Source: a bacterium (GTDB taxonomy: Bacteria; Bacteroidota; Ignavibacteria; Kapaibacteriales; UBA2268). From it: a stretch of 64,000 nt of DNA. The stretch lies in the NCBI GenBank assembly GCA_024711295.1, contig JANJTB010000002.1, positions 145,804 to 209,803 of the forward strand. The letters run 5' to 3'. The notes beneath the pieces were generated by a model. That model ran no database searches, was not told the DNA's origin, and saw only the letters and a list, made by a program, of their open reading frames with translations. Positions 38,010 to 47,434 of the stretch are shown piece by piece. How positions within the stretch are numbered: the stretch's first letter is position 1; each line of letters begins with the position of its first letter. The position numbers and the translations under genes are program-made.

Positions 38010-40207
38010 CAGTTCATCTTATTCAATGTTTTTCTTTTTAATTTCATTCTGATTAATTCAGCCATTGTATTGATAATGAATGTAAAAACAAACAACAGAC
38101 TTGCAGATAAAAATAATATTCTGTACAAAGTACCACCAACAGGTGCCTCGGGTATCTCGATTGCAATATTAGCCGACAAGGACCTCAATCCTGTAAACAA
38201 ACTCCAATCATTTATTGGAGTATTTCCAGCAACCATCAGTACTATCATTGTTTCTCCTATCGCGCGAGCAAATGCAAGCATTATTGCCGAAAAAATACCT
38301 GATGAAGCATAAGGCAAAATAACTCTGTATGCAGTCTGCCAATTATTTGCTCCTAATGCATAAGATGACATTATTAAGCTTTTTGGCACTATATTAATTG
38401 AATCTTCGCTAAGAGTAAATATCATCGGAATTATGGATATACCTAATGCAAATCCGACAATTATCCCGTTGCGCTGCTCATAATGAATACCCATGTTAAC
38501 ATTAAGCCAACTCACAAAATCATTATCCACCAATGATTTAATTATAGTATCAGCTATAAAATATGATGTTAATAATAAAGTTGCAACAGAAATAATATTT
38601 ATGATTGACTCTTTCGTTGAATAAAATTTATTATCTATTTTTAATTTTAAAAAATTTAAAATGATAATACCTAATATCATAATTAATGGGAAAATTATCA
38701 AAAATGTAATAATCACTGGAACATAGAATTCCAGAATCGGAGCTAACCATAATGATACAATAAAACCTATTACTACAGTTGGAATAGCTGTCATTATCTC
38801 AACAAAGTTTTTAATGTAATTCTTTAGTTTGTCATTCAAATACAACGAGGTGTACAATGCTGCAAGTACAGCTAATGGCACAGCAAAAATCATTGCAAAA
38901 ATCGTCCCCTTCAAGGTTCCCGTTATCAATGGAATCAAAGAGTATTTAGATTCGTAATCATCAGTACCACCTGATGATTGCCATATATAATCGCTTTGTA
39001 GGTAACCCTCATATTTAACTTTACTGAATAAAGTATTAATATTTACATCAATATTCGACTTCTCAATTTCATAAATCTTGATTTGATTATTTGTATGTGT
39101 AAGAGCTAATTTGCCATTTTTGGTAATCGAAAGTGAATTGATTTCATTATGGCCATTTTCATTTGCAATATTAATTACACCCTTATCAAATGGCTGGTAA
39201 TATAATTCAGTATACCCGCCTTCAAATATCACGAAAAAACTCTTATCAATGTTTGATGCAATTACATTTTTAGCTGATAGATTTCCACTTTCATATCTTT
39301 TGGAAAATTTTAGTGAAAATGGAATTATAACATCAGAGCTGTTAATAAATTCAAGTAAAAAAACTCCCCTGTCTGTTGCGCAAATTACACTTTGCTCACT
39401 ATTCGAAAAATCAATATTTGTGATCTCTCCTGATAGTTTGATTTGATTAACAAACATATATGAGCTGTCATCCCGTTTAAAATAAAGAACATTATTTGAT
39501 GTTGTTATTAATAAATTCTCTAATCTGCTATCTGTTAATATCTTCCCTACAACTCCCAAAGTTGTGTCGTAATCAATTCTAAAAGTGTTGAATATTTTTG
39601 AAGAATCAAGTGGATCGGTAGTTTTATCAGTCAGCTTGATAGTACATAAGGTATCGGAATTGTTTATTTGGCATAAAAAGTAATTACCATCAACACTTCT
39701 TTTGATTTGCACTAATTTGGGATTACCAAGTCGAACATCAGGAACTTTATCAATATAAAAAAACTTATCAACTTCATCATTCCTCACACTATGATTAAAT
39801 ACTATTTTATACAGTTCACCTGATATGTTCTCAAGTAATACTATTTTATCATCTTTGCTTTTGATAGCATCATTTACTGATACTCCAAGATCATTATGAT
39901 ACACATTCTTGTTGGATTTAATTTCGAATATGCTGATAGTACCAGATGAATCAATGTAATAATAGTAAGTATTAGAAATAAAGCCGCTAACAAGTATCTT
40001 ATTTTCAGTTTTATGACTAAGGATATTTTTCGAGCTTACCGGTTTGAATAAAGGCAGAGACTGTATAACAACAAATGCAAGAATACCAATAACAGCAATC
40101 AGAGTAATAATCCCTCCCCCAAAAATTAAGTATTTTGCTATACTATCGCTTAAGAGAGCTTTGAAAAGCTTGTAATTCTTACTCTTGATATTTATATTTT
40201 TGTCCAA
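38009..40207 (-). CDS. pstC: Phosphate ABC transporter permease PstC, elongated (732 aa) with a large N-terminal periplasmic domain
   Basis: The C-terminal ~300 aa form the PstC core ('SSYALGANNWQTAYRVILPYASSGIFSAIMLAFARAIGETM'). An N-terminal transmembrane segment is followed by a ~400-aa beta-rich domain. Confidence 0.75.
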   Translation of the reverse strand: MDKNINIKSKNYKLFKALLSDSIAKYLIFGGGIITLIAVIGILAFVVIQSLPLFKPVSSKNILSHKTENKILVSGFISNTYYYYIDSSGTISIFEIKSNKNVYHNDLGVSVNDAIKSKDDKIVLLENISGELYKIVFNHSVRNDEVDKFFYIDKVPDVRLGNPKLVQIKRSVDGNYFLCQINNSDTLCTIKLTDKTTDPLDSSKIFNTFRIDYDTTLGVVGKILTDSRLENLLITTSNNVLYFKRDDSSYMFVNQIKLSGEITNIDFSNSEQSVICATDRGVFLLEFINSSDVIIPFSLKFSKRYESGNLSAKNVIASNIDKSFFVIFEGGYTELYYQPFDKGVINIANENGHNEINSLSITKNGKLALTHTNNQIKIYEIEKSNIDVNINTLFSKVKYEGYLQSDYIWQSSGGTDDYESKYSLIPLITGTLKGTIFAMIFAVPLAVLAALYTSLYLNDKLKNYIKNFVEIMTAIPTVVIGFIVSLWLAPILEFYVPVIITFLIIFPLIMILGIIILNFLKLKIDNKFYSTKESIINIISVATLLLTSYFIADTIIKSLVDNDFVSWLNVNMGIHYEQRNGIIVGFALGISIIPMIFTLSEDSINIVPKSLIMSSYALGANNWQTAYRVILPYASSGIFSAIMLAFARAIGETMIVLMVAGNTPINDWSLFTGLRSLSANIAIEIPEAPVGGTLYRILFLSASLLFVFTFIINTMAELIRMKLKRKTLNKMN

Positions 40208-40208
40208 A

Positions 40209-41192
40209 TTATTTGATTACCTTAAGTTCTTTATTAATCAAATCATTGGTCAGAGGTAGGAAACCATCTTTTACTACAATAGATTGCCCCTCATAGCTGA
40301 GAATAAATTTAATAAACTCCAAAACAAGTAAATCGCTTTCTTTCTGAGGATTATTATTTATATACAAATACATGAACCTGCTTAATGGATAATTACCACT
40401 AAGTATATTGTCATAGTCGGGGAATGCGGGCTTAGAGTTGTTTTTATTCATAATACCCAGGATTTTGACACCTGTAGTTTTAAATCCTGCCCCACTATAT
40501 CCAATGCTGTATTTATCATTACTTACACCCTGTATAACGGACGAAGAACCCAACAATTCCTGCACTTTATTTTTAAAATCTCCTTTAAAAAGTGCATGCT
40601 CCTTAAAGAAACTGTAGGTACCTGATGCTGAGTTACGACCATAAATACTTATTGGTCTATCCCTCCAATACTTGTTTTTCAGACCAATATCACCCCAGGT
40701 TGTAATATTTCGTTTATATCCACCCTTTCTATTGACGGAAAAAATTGCATCAAGCTCTGCAATTGTTATATAATTCATGGGATTACTATTATTAACATAT
40801 ATGGCAAGAGCATCTAATGCAATTTTTATTTCAGTAGGTTTATAGCCAAATTTCGCTTCAAATTTGTCAATCTCTTCATTTTTCATTGGTCTTGACATTG
40901 GACCCAGCTGTGCTGTTCCACTAATTAGAGCAGGTGGTGCAGTTGACGATCCTTTACCCTCGACCTGAATTTTAACATTCGGATAAATCTTCTGAAAACC
41001 TTCAAGCAACAAAGTAATAAGATTATTCATCGAGTCCGAACCAATACTGCTGAGATTGCCAGAGACACCTGTCACTTTCTTATACTTAGGAATGTCTTTA
41101 TCAACTGTAACATTGATATTTGAAAAGAGGAATTGTATAGCTAATATGAAAAAGATAAACGTTGATAATATTCCAATTCTCATAACAAGCAC
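40209..41192 (-). CDS. pstS: Phosphate-binding protein PstS
   Basis: Signal peptide followed by the PBP fold 'SGSSTAPPALISGTAQLGPMSRPMK'. Confidence 0.75.
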   Translation of the reverse strand: MLVMRIGILSTFIFFILAIQFLFSNINVTVDKDIPKYKKVTGVSGNLSSIGSDSMNNLITLLLEGFQKIYPNVKIQVEGKGSSTAPPALISGTAQLGPMSRPMKNEEIDKFEAKFGYKPTEIKIALDALAIYVNNSNPMNYITIAELDAIFSVNRKGGYKRNITTWGDIGLKNKYWRDRPISIYGRNSASGTYSFFKEHALFKGDFKNKVQELLGSSSVIQGVSNDKYSIGYSGAGFKTTGVKILGIMNKNNSKPAFPDYDNILSGNYPLSRFMYLYINNNPQKESDLLVLEFIKFILSYEGQSIVVKDGFLPLTNDLINKELKVIK

Positions 41193-41199
41193 TTATAAT

Positions 41200-41658
41200 T
41201 TATTTTCGGTATTTAATTGGTACAATAAGCATTCCGTATGATTCGCCAGGGTTTTTATCAAGATACTTATGATGAACATGATGAGCTCTTAATACAGATT
41301 TAAGATATGGATTTTCTAAATTCTTAAAAAGTAATTTCCTGAGTTTTTTAAATCTTTGATGAATTAAAACTTCATGAATCAAAAAGTAAGCAATTCCATA
41401 TAGAAGAATACCTATTCCAACCCAGACTCTCCAATCAAAATGATTCATCATTCCAAACATAATAAAAAGCCAACTCGGTATTGCAAATATCAAAAAGAAT
41501 GTATCATTCCTCTGGATAAATCCTTTGGGCTGCACATGGTGATCACGATGCAATACCCATAAAAAACCATGCATAACATATTTATGTGCAAACCATGCAA
41601 CAAATTCCATGAAAAAAAATGTAAAAATCACTATAATTAAACTTATCAATATATCCAT
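41200..41658 (-). CDS. crtZ: Beta-carotene hydroxylase (CrtZ-like fatty acid hydroxylase superfamily)
   Basis: 152 aa. The His boxes 'AHKYVMHGFLWVLHRDHH' and 'LRAHHVHH' are present, with four transmembrane segments. This matches the CrtZ layout. Confidence 0.55.
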   Translation of the reverse strand: MDILISLIIVIFTFFFMEFVAWFAHKYVMHGFLWVLHRDHHVQPKGFIQRNDTFFLIFAIPSWLFIMFGMMNHFDWRVWVGIGILLYGIAYFLIHEVLIHQRFKKLRKLLFKNLENPYLKSVLRAHHVHHKYLDKNPGESYGMLIVPIKYRK

Positions 41659-42068
41659 TACCGTTCTACCACAAATTTATAACTATATACATTTATTGAA
41701 TTTTTCATAATCAGAAAATAAATACCTGATGGCACAGATTTTCCATTGTTATCCTTCAAGTCCCAAATATAACGGTTATCTGATTTAATATCAAATTTCT
41801 TTAAAATCACACCGTCAAGGTTAGTAATTTGAATATCATAGTAATTACCATTAATTGATAATTCAAAATGAATCTCACTATTGGACGGATTAGGCATTAT
41901 ACTAATTAACCGCAAAGTTTCGTCCAAAACAGACGACACAACAGAATCTGGTTTGTGCCAATCACTAAGGCTCCTGTCTATTGTCATGCACTTCTCTTTA
42001 AGTCTTTCATTTGCTAATGAAAGATAACTAATTAGATGGAGCAACAATATTAAGTAAGCTATTTTCAA
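41658..42068 (-). CDS. Mini T9SS cargo: signal peptide, ~35-aa stub, then a T9SS C-terminal domain only
   Basis: 'IMPNPSNSEIHFELSINGNYYDIQITNLDGVILKKF...SGIYFLIM' is a T9SS CTD. Its stop codon overlaps the crtZ start. Confidence 0.45.
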   Translation of the reverse strand: MKIAYLILLLHLISYLSLANERLKEKCMTIDRSLSDWHKPDSVVSSVLDETLRLISIMPNPSNSEIHFELSINGNYYDIQITNLDGVILKKFDIKSDNRYIWDLKDNNGKSVPSGIYFLIMKNSINVYSYKFVVER

Positions 42069-42160
42069 ATAATATTTATTTTTATATAAATTATTAGCAC
42101 AAATTTAATAATAAACGTCTTAAAACATGAATTCTTACAAATATTTTTTATCCTGTTAGC

Positions 42161-42856
42161 ATGGACCAAAATCTTACTTACTTATTGATAAATCTCTTTA
42201 CAATTTCGTACCCCCTTGCACAAAGTTTCGAGTGGAGGTTGAAACTGTACAAAAAATGGTTTGCACTGTTGCCTGCTATCCTAATTACTGGAATAATTTT
42301 CATAATTTGGGATGTTATTAAAACGCATTATGGGGTTTGGTGGTTCAACAATGATTATTTGCTGGGTATGTACTTAATAAATTTACCATTGGAAGAATGG
42401 TTATTTTTTATTACAGTACCTTATGCATGTGTGTTTATTTACGAAGTGTTAAATTATTACATCAAAAAGGACATATTTGGTAAATATTACAATTCCATAT
42501 CTTACGTTTTAATTGCACTTCTTACTTTTACTGCAGCTTTTAATATTGATAAAGCTTATACATCTGTTGCCTTTCTAAGCTTAGCTGCATATTTGTTGAT
42601 CTTAGTTCTTTTTGTCAGGCCTAAGTGGTTAGGTAAGTTTTACCTAGCTTATATAGTTTCAATGATACCATTTTTTATTGTGAATGGAATTCTGACTAAC
42701 TTACCAGTTGTATTATATAATAATTCCGAAAACCTGAGCATAAGAATTTTCTCTATTCCAATTGAAGATACTATGTATAGTATGCTGCTATTTTTGATGA
42801 ATGTTTCAATTTACGAGTATTTTATGGCTAGATGGAAATTCATTAAAGAAGCTTGA
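42161..42856 (+). CDS. Lycopene cyclase domain protein (fused CrtYcd-type)
   Basis: 231-aa membrane protein with two repeats, each carrying the PxE(E/D) motif ('LPLEEWLFF', 'IPIEDTMYS'). It is divergent from crtZ. Confidence 0.5.
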   Translation: MDQNLTYLLINLFTISYPLAQSFEWRLKLYKKWFALLPAILITGIIFIIWDVIKTHYGVWWFNNDYLLGMYLINLPLEEWLFFITVPYACVFIYEVLNYYIKKDIFGKYYNSISYVLIALLTFTAAFNIDKAYTSVAFLSLAAYLLILVLFVRPKWLGKFYLAYIVSMIPFFIVNGILTNLPVVLYNNSENLSIRIFSIPIEDTMYSMLLFLMNVSIYEYFMARWKFIKEA

Positions 42857-42947
42857 GAAGAATAAATGACATTATGTTTATAACTTGTTAAAAAAATAAT
42901 TTATTATTTAGGTATTTTTGATAGTTTGTATTTCAACCAATTTCAGT

Positions 42948-43694
42948 ATGTACAAAATTGTCTTACCAAATTTTGAGGGTCCATTTGATTTACTCCTTTA
43001 TTTTATAAAAAGGGATGAATTGAACATTTATGATATTCCCATTTCAAAAATCACAGAGGAATTCCTAAGCTACATAAAATTGATGCAGTATTTCGACCTT
43101 GAATTGGCAGGTGAGTTTGTTTTGATGGCTTCAACACTAATGTACATCAAAGCACAGATGCTTTTGCCAAAACCAAAGAGCGATGATGATACAGAAATCG
43201 AGGACCCAAGAACAGGTCTAGTTCAAAAATTATTGGAATATAAAGTATTCAAAGATGCTTCCGCTGACCTTTCAGATAGAGCTGAAGAGCAAAAATATTC
43301 ATATTACAGAAAATACTTTGAGTATGATAAAAATACTATTGAGGCTGCTGCAAACTATAAAAATACTAATATTTTTGAGCTGATTAAGGCATTCAAGAGC
43401 GTTCTATATCGAGCAGAAAAGAATAGTGTTAACCATGTTGTTAAGCTTGAAACCGTTACTGTCGAAGAAAAGATTCATTTAATTACTAACTTACTGAAAT
43501 CAAAAAAACGAATCAGTTTCTTTGAACTTACAAAGAGTGTTGTGAGGTCTCATATAATAGTTACTTTTTTGGCAATACTTGAATTGATGAAATATCAAAA
43601 AATCATGATTTTTCAGGAAGACAATTTTGATGACATTATCATTCTAAATAACACAGAAAACAGAAATTACACTGAGGATGCCGAAAATGATTAA
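42948..43694 (+). CDS. scpA: Segregation and condensation protein A
   Basis: 'MYKIVLPNFEGPFDLLLYFIKRDELNIYDIPISKITEEFL' is the ScpA N-terminus. The tracked ORF starts 10 codons earlier, at 42918. Confidence 0.8.
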   Translation: MYKIVLPNFEGPFDLLLYFIKRDELNIYDIPISKITEEFLSYIKLMQYFDLELAGEFVLMASTLMYIKAQMLLPKPKSDDDTEIEDPRTGLVQKLLEYKVFKDASADLSDRAEEQKYSYYRKYFEYDKNTIEAAANYKNTNIFELIKAFKSVLYRAEKNSVNHVVKLETVTVEEKIHLITNLLKSKKRISFFELTKSVVRSHIIVTFLAILELMKYQKIMIFQEDNFDDIIILNNTENRNYTEDAEND

Positions 43695-44442
43695 TTTGCC
43701 TACATTTATGCTGCTAAATCGTGATGAACAAAAGCTTACTTTACAGTCATTAATATTCTCCTCCGAAGAGCCTCTGAGCACAAAGCAAATCAGCAATATG
43801 CTTGTATATTCTGACCTTGCTGTCCAGGAACAAAACGATGATTCTAGCGAATATGATTCAGTAATTGAATTGGAGAATTTTAACAGTGAATATATGATTG
43901 ACTCGATTATAAATGAAATAAACAGTGATTTGTCGGTTAGCAATATACCATTCAGAATCAAGTTGATAGCAGGTGGATGGCAATTTGCAATCCAATCTGA
44001 GTACGGAAAACTCATTAACCAACATTTTAAAGTCAAAGTTAAAAAGAAACTGAGTCAGGCAGCACTGGAAACACTTGCAGTAATTTGCTATAAGCAGCCA
44101 ATCTCAAAACCCGAAATTGAGCAGATTAGAGGTGTCAACTCTAATGAAGTTGTTAATACACTAATTGACAAAAATCTTATAAAAATTGCAGGCAGAGCAG
44201 AATCACTCGGAAAGCCATTATTATACTCCACTACACAGGAATTTTTAAGGACATTTGGGTTGAATTCACTTGAAGAATTGCCGAAATTAAAGGAAATTGA
44301 AGAATTTGTTCTTCCACTACCCGAAAATGAAGAACCTGAATTTGTTCTTAAAATAGATGAATCTGATATATTGACTGATGATAACACAGAATCTGATACT
44401 GTGGCTGATGATAATCAGGAGTCGGATACAAATATTGAATGA
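43678..44442 (+). CDS. scpB: Segregation and condensation protein B, with an acidic C-terminal tail
   Basis: 'SLIFSSEEPLSTKQISNML' and the winged-helix repeats are present. It overlaps scpA. Confidence 0.75.
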   Translation: MPKMINLPTFMLLNRDEQKLTLQSLIFSSEEPLSTKQISNMLVYSDLAVQEQNDDSSEYDSVIELENFNSEYMIDSIINEINSDLSVSNIPFRIKLIAGGWQFAIQSEYGKLINQHFKVKVKKKLSQAALETLAVICYKQPISKPEIEQIRGVNSNEVVNTLIDKNLIKIAGRAESLGKPLLYSTTQEFLRTFGLNSLEELPKLKEIEEFVLPLPENEEPEFVLKIDESDILTDDNTESDTVADDNQESDTNIE

Positions 44443-45512
44443 ATATCATCACCTGATTGATTTACAGATTTTAGCTTAAACTTTACAGCATTACTGACTT
44501 TTGAGACAAAAATGTCTTCGAATGCTGTGCGGCATTTTCCTAATATTTTTGGGGCAATAAATATCTGCATCTCATCAACAATTTGTTCTTTAACAAATGA
44601 CGAGAAAATTCCTGTGCCGCCTTCAACCATTATTGAATATATACCAAAGTTACAATAAAGCAAATCCGTCATTTGGTTGAGATTGATTTTGCCTGTATTA
44701 TCTGTACCTACCGGCAAAATGTTGACACCGGACAAAATTAAATTCCTTGCTTTTCTTGATTTGGCAGACTCTTCATTGCAACAAATAATCGTGTTGTGTT
44801 TATCATCCATTTTGTATAATGAAACCTCTAAAGGTAAGCTAAGATTTGTATCACATACCACTCTTCTGGGGTTTCTACCCTCAACATTTCTTACTGTAAG
44901 CAAAGGATTGTCCTTCAAAACAGTATTCTTACCAACTAAAACTGCATCAAATTCATGACGTAAAATATGTGTAATTTTCCTGCTCTCTTCACAAGTAATC
45001 CATTTAGAATCACCATTATTGAGTGAAATACAACCATCTACGGTTTGTGCAATTTTCAACATGATATATGGCTTGTCATATTGTATATGTTTAAAGAATA
45101 TTCTGTTAGCCCAAAGAGCTTCCTTTTCGAGTACCCCCTCTACAACTTGAATACCGGCATTTTTAATTTTCTGAACTCCCTTTCCTGAAACCAATGGATT
45201 TGGGTCTTTTGCAGCTATTACAACTTTTTTGAATTTCTTTTGAACTATCAAATCTGCACAAGGTGGAGTTTTACCGTGATGGCTACAAGGCTCAAGAGTA
45301 ACATAAATAGTGCAATCATCGAAACAATCTATGTTGGCATTGCTAATGGCATTTACCTCTGCGTGCGGTCCACCATAAAACTGATGCCATCCTTCAGAGA
45401 TAATCTCATTTTCCCTCACAATCACTGCACCCACTTTTGGATTCGGACTTACATACCCTGCTCCCCTTTCAGCAATTGTAAGGGCTCTGTTCATGAAAAA
45501 TTCATCTGTCAT
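44415..45512 (-). CDS. ribD: Bifunctional riboflavin biosynthesis deaminase/reductase RibD
   Basis: 'HAEVNAI' and 'EPCSHHGKTPPC' are deaminase motifs. The C-terminal half is the reductase domain. Confidence 0.85.
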   Translation of the reverse strand: MTDEFFMNRALTIAERGAGYVSPNPKVGAVIVRENEIISEGWHQFYGGPHAEVNAISNANIDCFDDCTIYVTLEPCSHHGKTPPCADLIVQKKFKKVVIAAKDPNPLVSGKGVQKIKNAGIQVVEGVLEKEALWANRIFFKHIQYDKPYIMLKIAQTVDGCISLNNGDSKWITCEESRKITHILRHEFDAVLVGKNTVLKDNPLLTVRNVEGRNPRRVVCDTNLSLPLEVSLYKMDDKHNTIICCNEESAKSRKARNLILSGVNILPVGTDNTGKINLNQMTDLLYCNFGIYSIMVEGGTGIFSSFVKEQIVDEMQIFIAPKILGKCRTAFEDIFVSKVSNAVKFKLKSVNQSGDDIHSIFVSDS

Positions 45513-45514
45513 AA

Positions 45515-45961
45515 TTATATTTCGAAATCTATATCCACAAAGTAATTCTCTGGTTCAGCGGGAATTATCAATTTAGCAATATATTTACCTTTGCTAACCT
45601 GCTTCGAAAAGTTACTTAAATAGTTCCATTCAAATGCATAGTTTTTAGTTTCACCAACTTCAACTGGTTCAACCTTTCCAATAGCCATCATATAATTTTG
45701 TTCGAAATTAGAGCTAAATATCAAATTAAGTTCATTATCATAAATTTCAACTCTAAAGTCTTCTGAATTAGGAAGATATTCCCCATCAGCAGACTTTATT
45801 CTTTGCACTTTAAGCTCGAACTTTGCTAAAGAATCTATAGTAATTTTACCATTTAATTTCATAAACGCATTTTTGGATTCAGAAGAATATTCCTTTAATG
45901 AGCTACACGAAATATTAGCTACAGCAAACATAATGCTTAAAATAAATACTATTGGTTTCAC
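45515..45961 (-). CDS. Hypothetical lipoprotein
   Basis: 'VANISCSS' is a lipobox. It sits 2 nt upstream of ribD. Confidence 0.4.
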   Translation of the reverse strand: MKPIVFILSIMFAVANISCSSLKEYSSESKNAFMKLNGKITIDSLAKFELKVQRIKSADGEYLPNSEDFRVEIYDNELNLIFSSNFEQNYMMAIGKVEPVEVGETKNYAFEWNYLSNFSKQVSKGKYIAKLIIPAEPENYFVDIDFEI

Positions 45962-45982
45962 GTTTCATTAATTATGTAATAA

Positions 45983-46792
45983 TTGAATATTTTTAACAAA
46001 CAAAAGTATAACATTATGAGCAATATTAATAAGTTTTTTTTAATCACAATAATAATTACAGCAAGTTTTTCATCGGTTTATGCGCAAGGTACAGCCGGCG
46101 ACAAAGCAAAGTACGAAACAAGATTCATTGTTGATATGCCTACAGCAGGAATGTTACCCAATAACTATTACTCGGTTACGGGTTATGTTTATCCTATGGG
46201 TGGTATTATGATTGCTGCTGATTTCGGGATATGGAACTTTGTTAACGCAGGATTAAGTTTTAGTGGAAATAATATTGTTGGTGATGCAGATGTAACATGG
46301 CAAAATTTACCCGGGATTAATATCAAAGCAAGAGCATTGGATGAAAAAGTGTACCTACCTGCACTGACATTTGGATTCAGTTCTCAGGGTTCAAGCAATT
46401 ATATGGGTGATAACAGATTTAAAACACATTCACCGGGTTTTTTTATGGCTTTGAGCAAAAATTTTCTTTGGGACTTGGGTAATCTGGCATTTCATACTGG
46501 ACTAAACTACTCTTTAGAACCAAAACCCGAGTATTCATCTCCTAATGTTTATTTTGGTGCTGAGCAATCTATTGGAGATTATTTTGCTGTTAACGGAGAG
46601 TTTAACCTTCAGCTTGATGAGCAAGAAAATGGATTTTATTCAAAGAGAGGCTTATTCAATTTATCATTAAGAGGATCGATTGCAAATGGAATAACTGCAG
46701 AAATCAAACTCAGAGACTTATTTAACCATGCAAGATATTCTGAAGGTCCCGAGAGAATAATAGCACTTGAAGTTATTAAGGTTTTGAAGTAG
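45983..46792 (+). CDS. Hypothetical outer-membrane protein
   Basis: There is an internal signal peptide ('MSNINKFFLITIIITASFSSVYAQG'), so the likely start is 46016. The sequence is Gly/aromatic-rich and beta-like. Confidence 0.4.
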   Translation: MNIFNKQKYNIMSNINKFFLITIIITASFSSVYAQGTAGDKAKYETRFIVDMPTAGMLPNNYYSVTGYVYPMGGIMIAADFGIWNFVNAGLSFSGNNIVGDADVTWQNLPGINIKARALDEKVYLPALTFGFSSQGSSNYMGDNRFKTHSPGFFMALSKNFLWDLGNLAFHTGLNYSLEPKPEYSSPNVYFGAEQSIGDYFAVNGEFNLQLDEQENGFYSKRGLFNLSLRGSIANGITAEIKLRDLFNHARYSEGPERIIALEVIKVLK

Positions 46793-46800
46793 TTTTTATT

Positions 46801-46840
46801 AAAAAAAGGGCTAAGAAATAATTAAATCCTAGCCCTTTTA
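46801..46840. terminator. Bidirectional terminator (A7-AGGGCTA-loop-TAGCCCT-T4)
   Basis: Read directly. It lies between convergent genes. Confidence 0.5.
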
Positions 46841-46857
46841 CAAACATCAATTGCAGA

Positions 46858-47412
46858 TTAATTGCCTCTTTTGATTTTGTCGAGCACTTTGTAAGTAATG
46901 TCAATGCTGCCGTCAGAATAAATGGCAGCCATTTTATCAACCACTAAAGCAATTTTCTCTTCTTTTGCAACACCTTCGATAGCTTTACGAATTTTTGTAC
47001 GTATAGGATCGAGTAAATTCTCTCTCAATTTGTTTAATTCGCCTTGCTGTCCGAATTTTTCTTCACGATATTGAATAAAAAGCATATTTTGTTGCTGTAA
47101 TGATTCCTCTTCTTTTTGCTGTTTGTCCAAAGGCATCATTGATTTTTGCTTTTGGTACTGGTCAAGTTTTGCTTGTAAGTCTTGTTGCATTTTCAAAAGA
47201 GTATCCTGCATCTTTTGACCTTTGTCTTTAATTACTTTGTCTGCTTCGATAGCTTCAGGCAATTCTTTTAGGACTGTTTCTACGTCAACAACTCCTAACT
47301 TATTTAAAGTGCCTTGAGCGTTTAGATAAGTATTAGAGAAAAGTAAAACTGTGGCAACCAACACAAATAAGCCAAAAATCGATTTTGAATTAAACATAAA
47401 TATTAACTCCAA
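46858..47412 (-). CDS. skp: OmpH/Skp periplasmic chaperone
   Basis: Signal peptide followed by a Lys/Glu/Gln-rich coiled coil. It lies downstream of bamA. Confidence 0.7.
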   Translation of the reverse strand: MELIFMFNSKSIFGLFVLVATVLLFSNTYLNAQGTLNKLGVVDVETVLKELPEAIEADKVIKDKGQKMQDTLLKMQQDLQAKLDQYQKQKSMMPLDKQQKEEESLQQQNMLFIQYREEKFGQQGELNKLRENLLDPIRTKIRKAIEGVAKEEKIALVVDKMAAIYSDGSIDITYKVLDKIKRGN

Positions 47413-47434
47413 GAAAAAATATATAAATAAAAAA

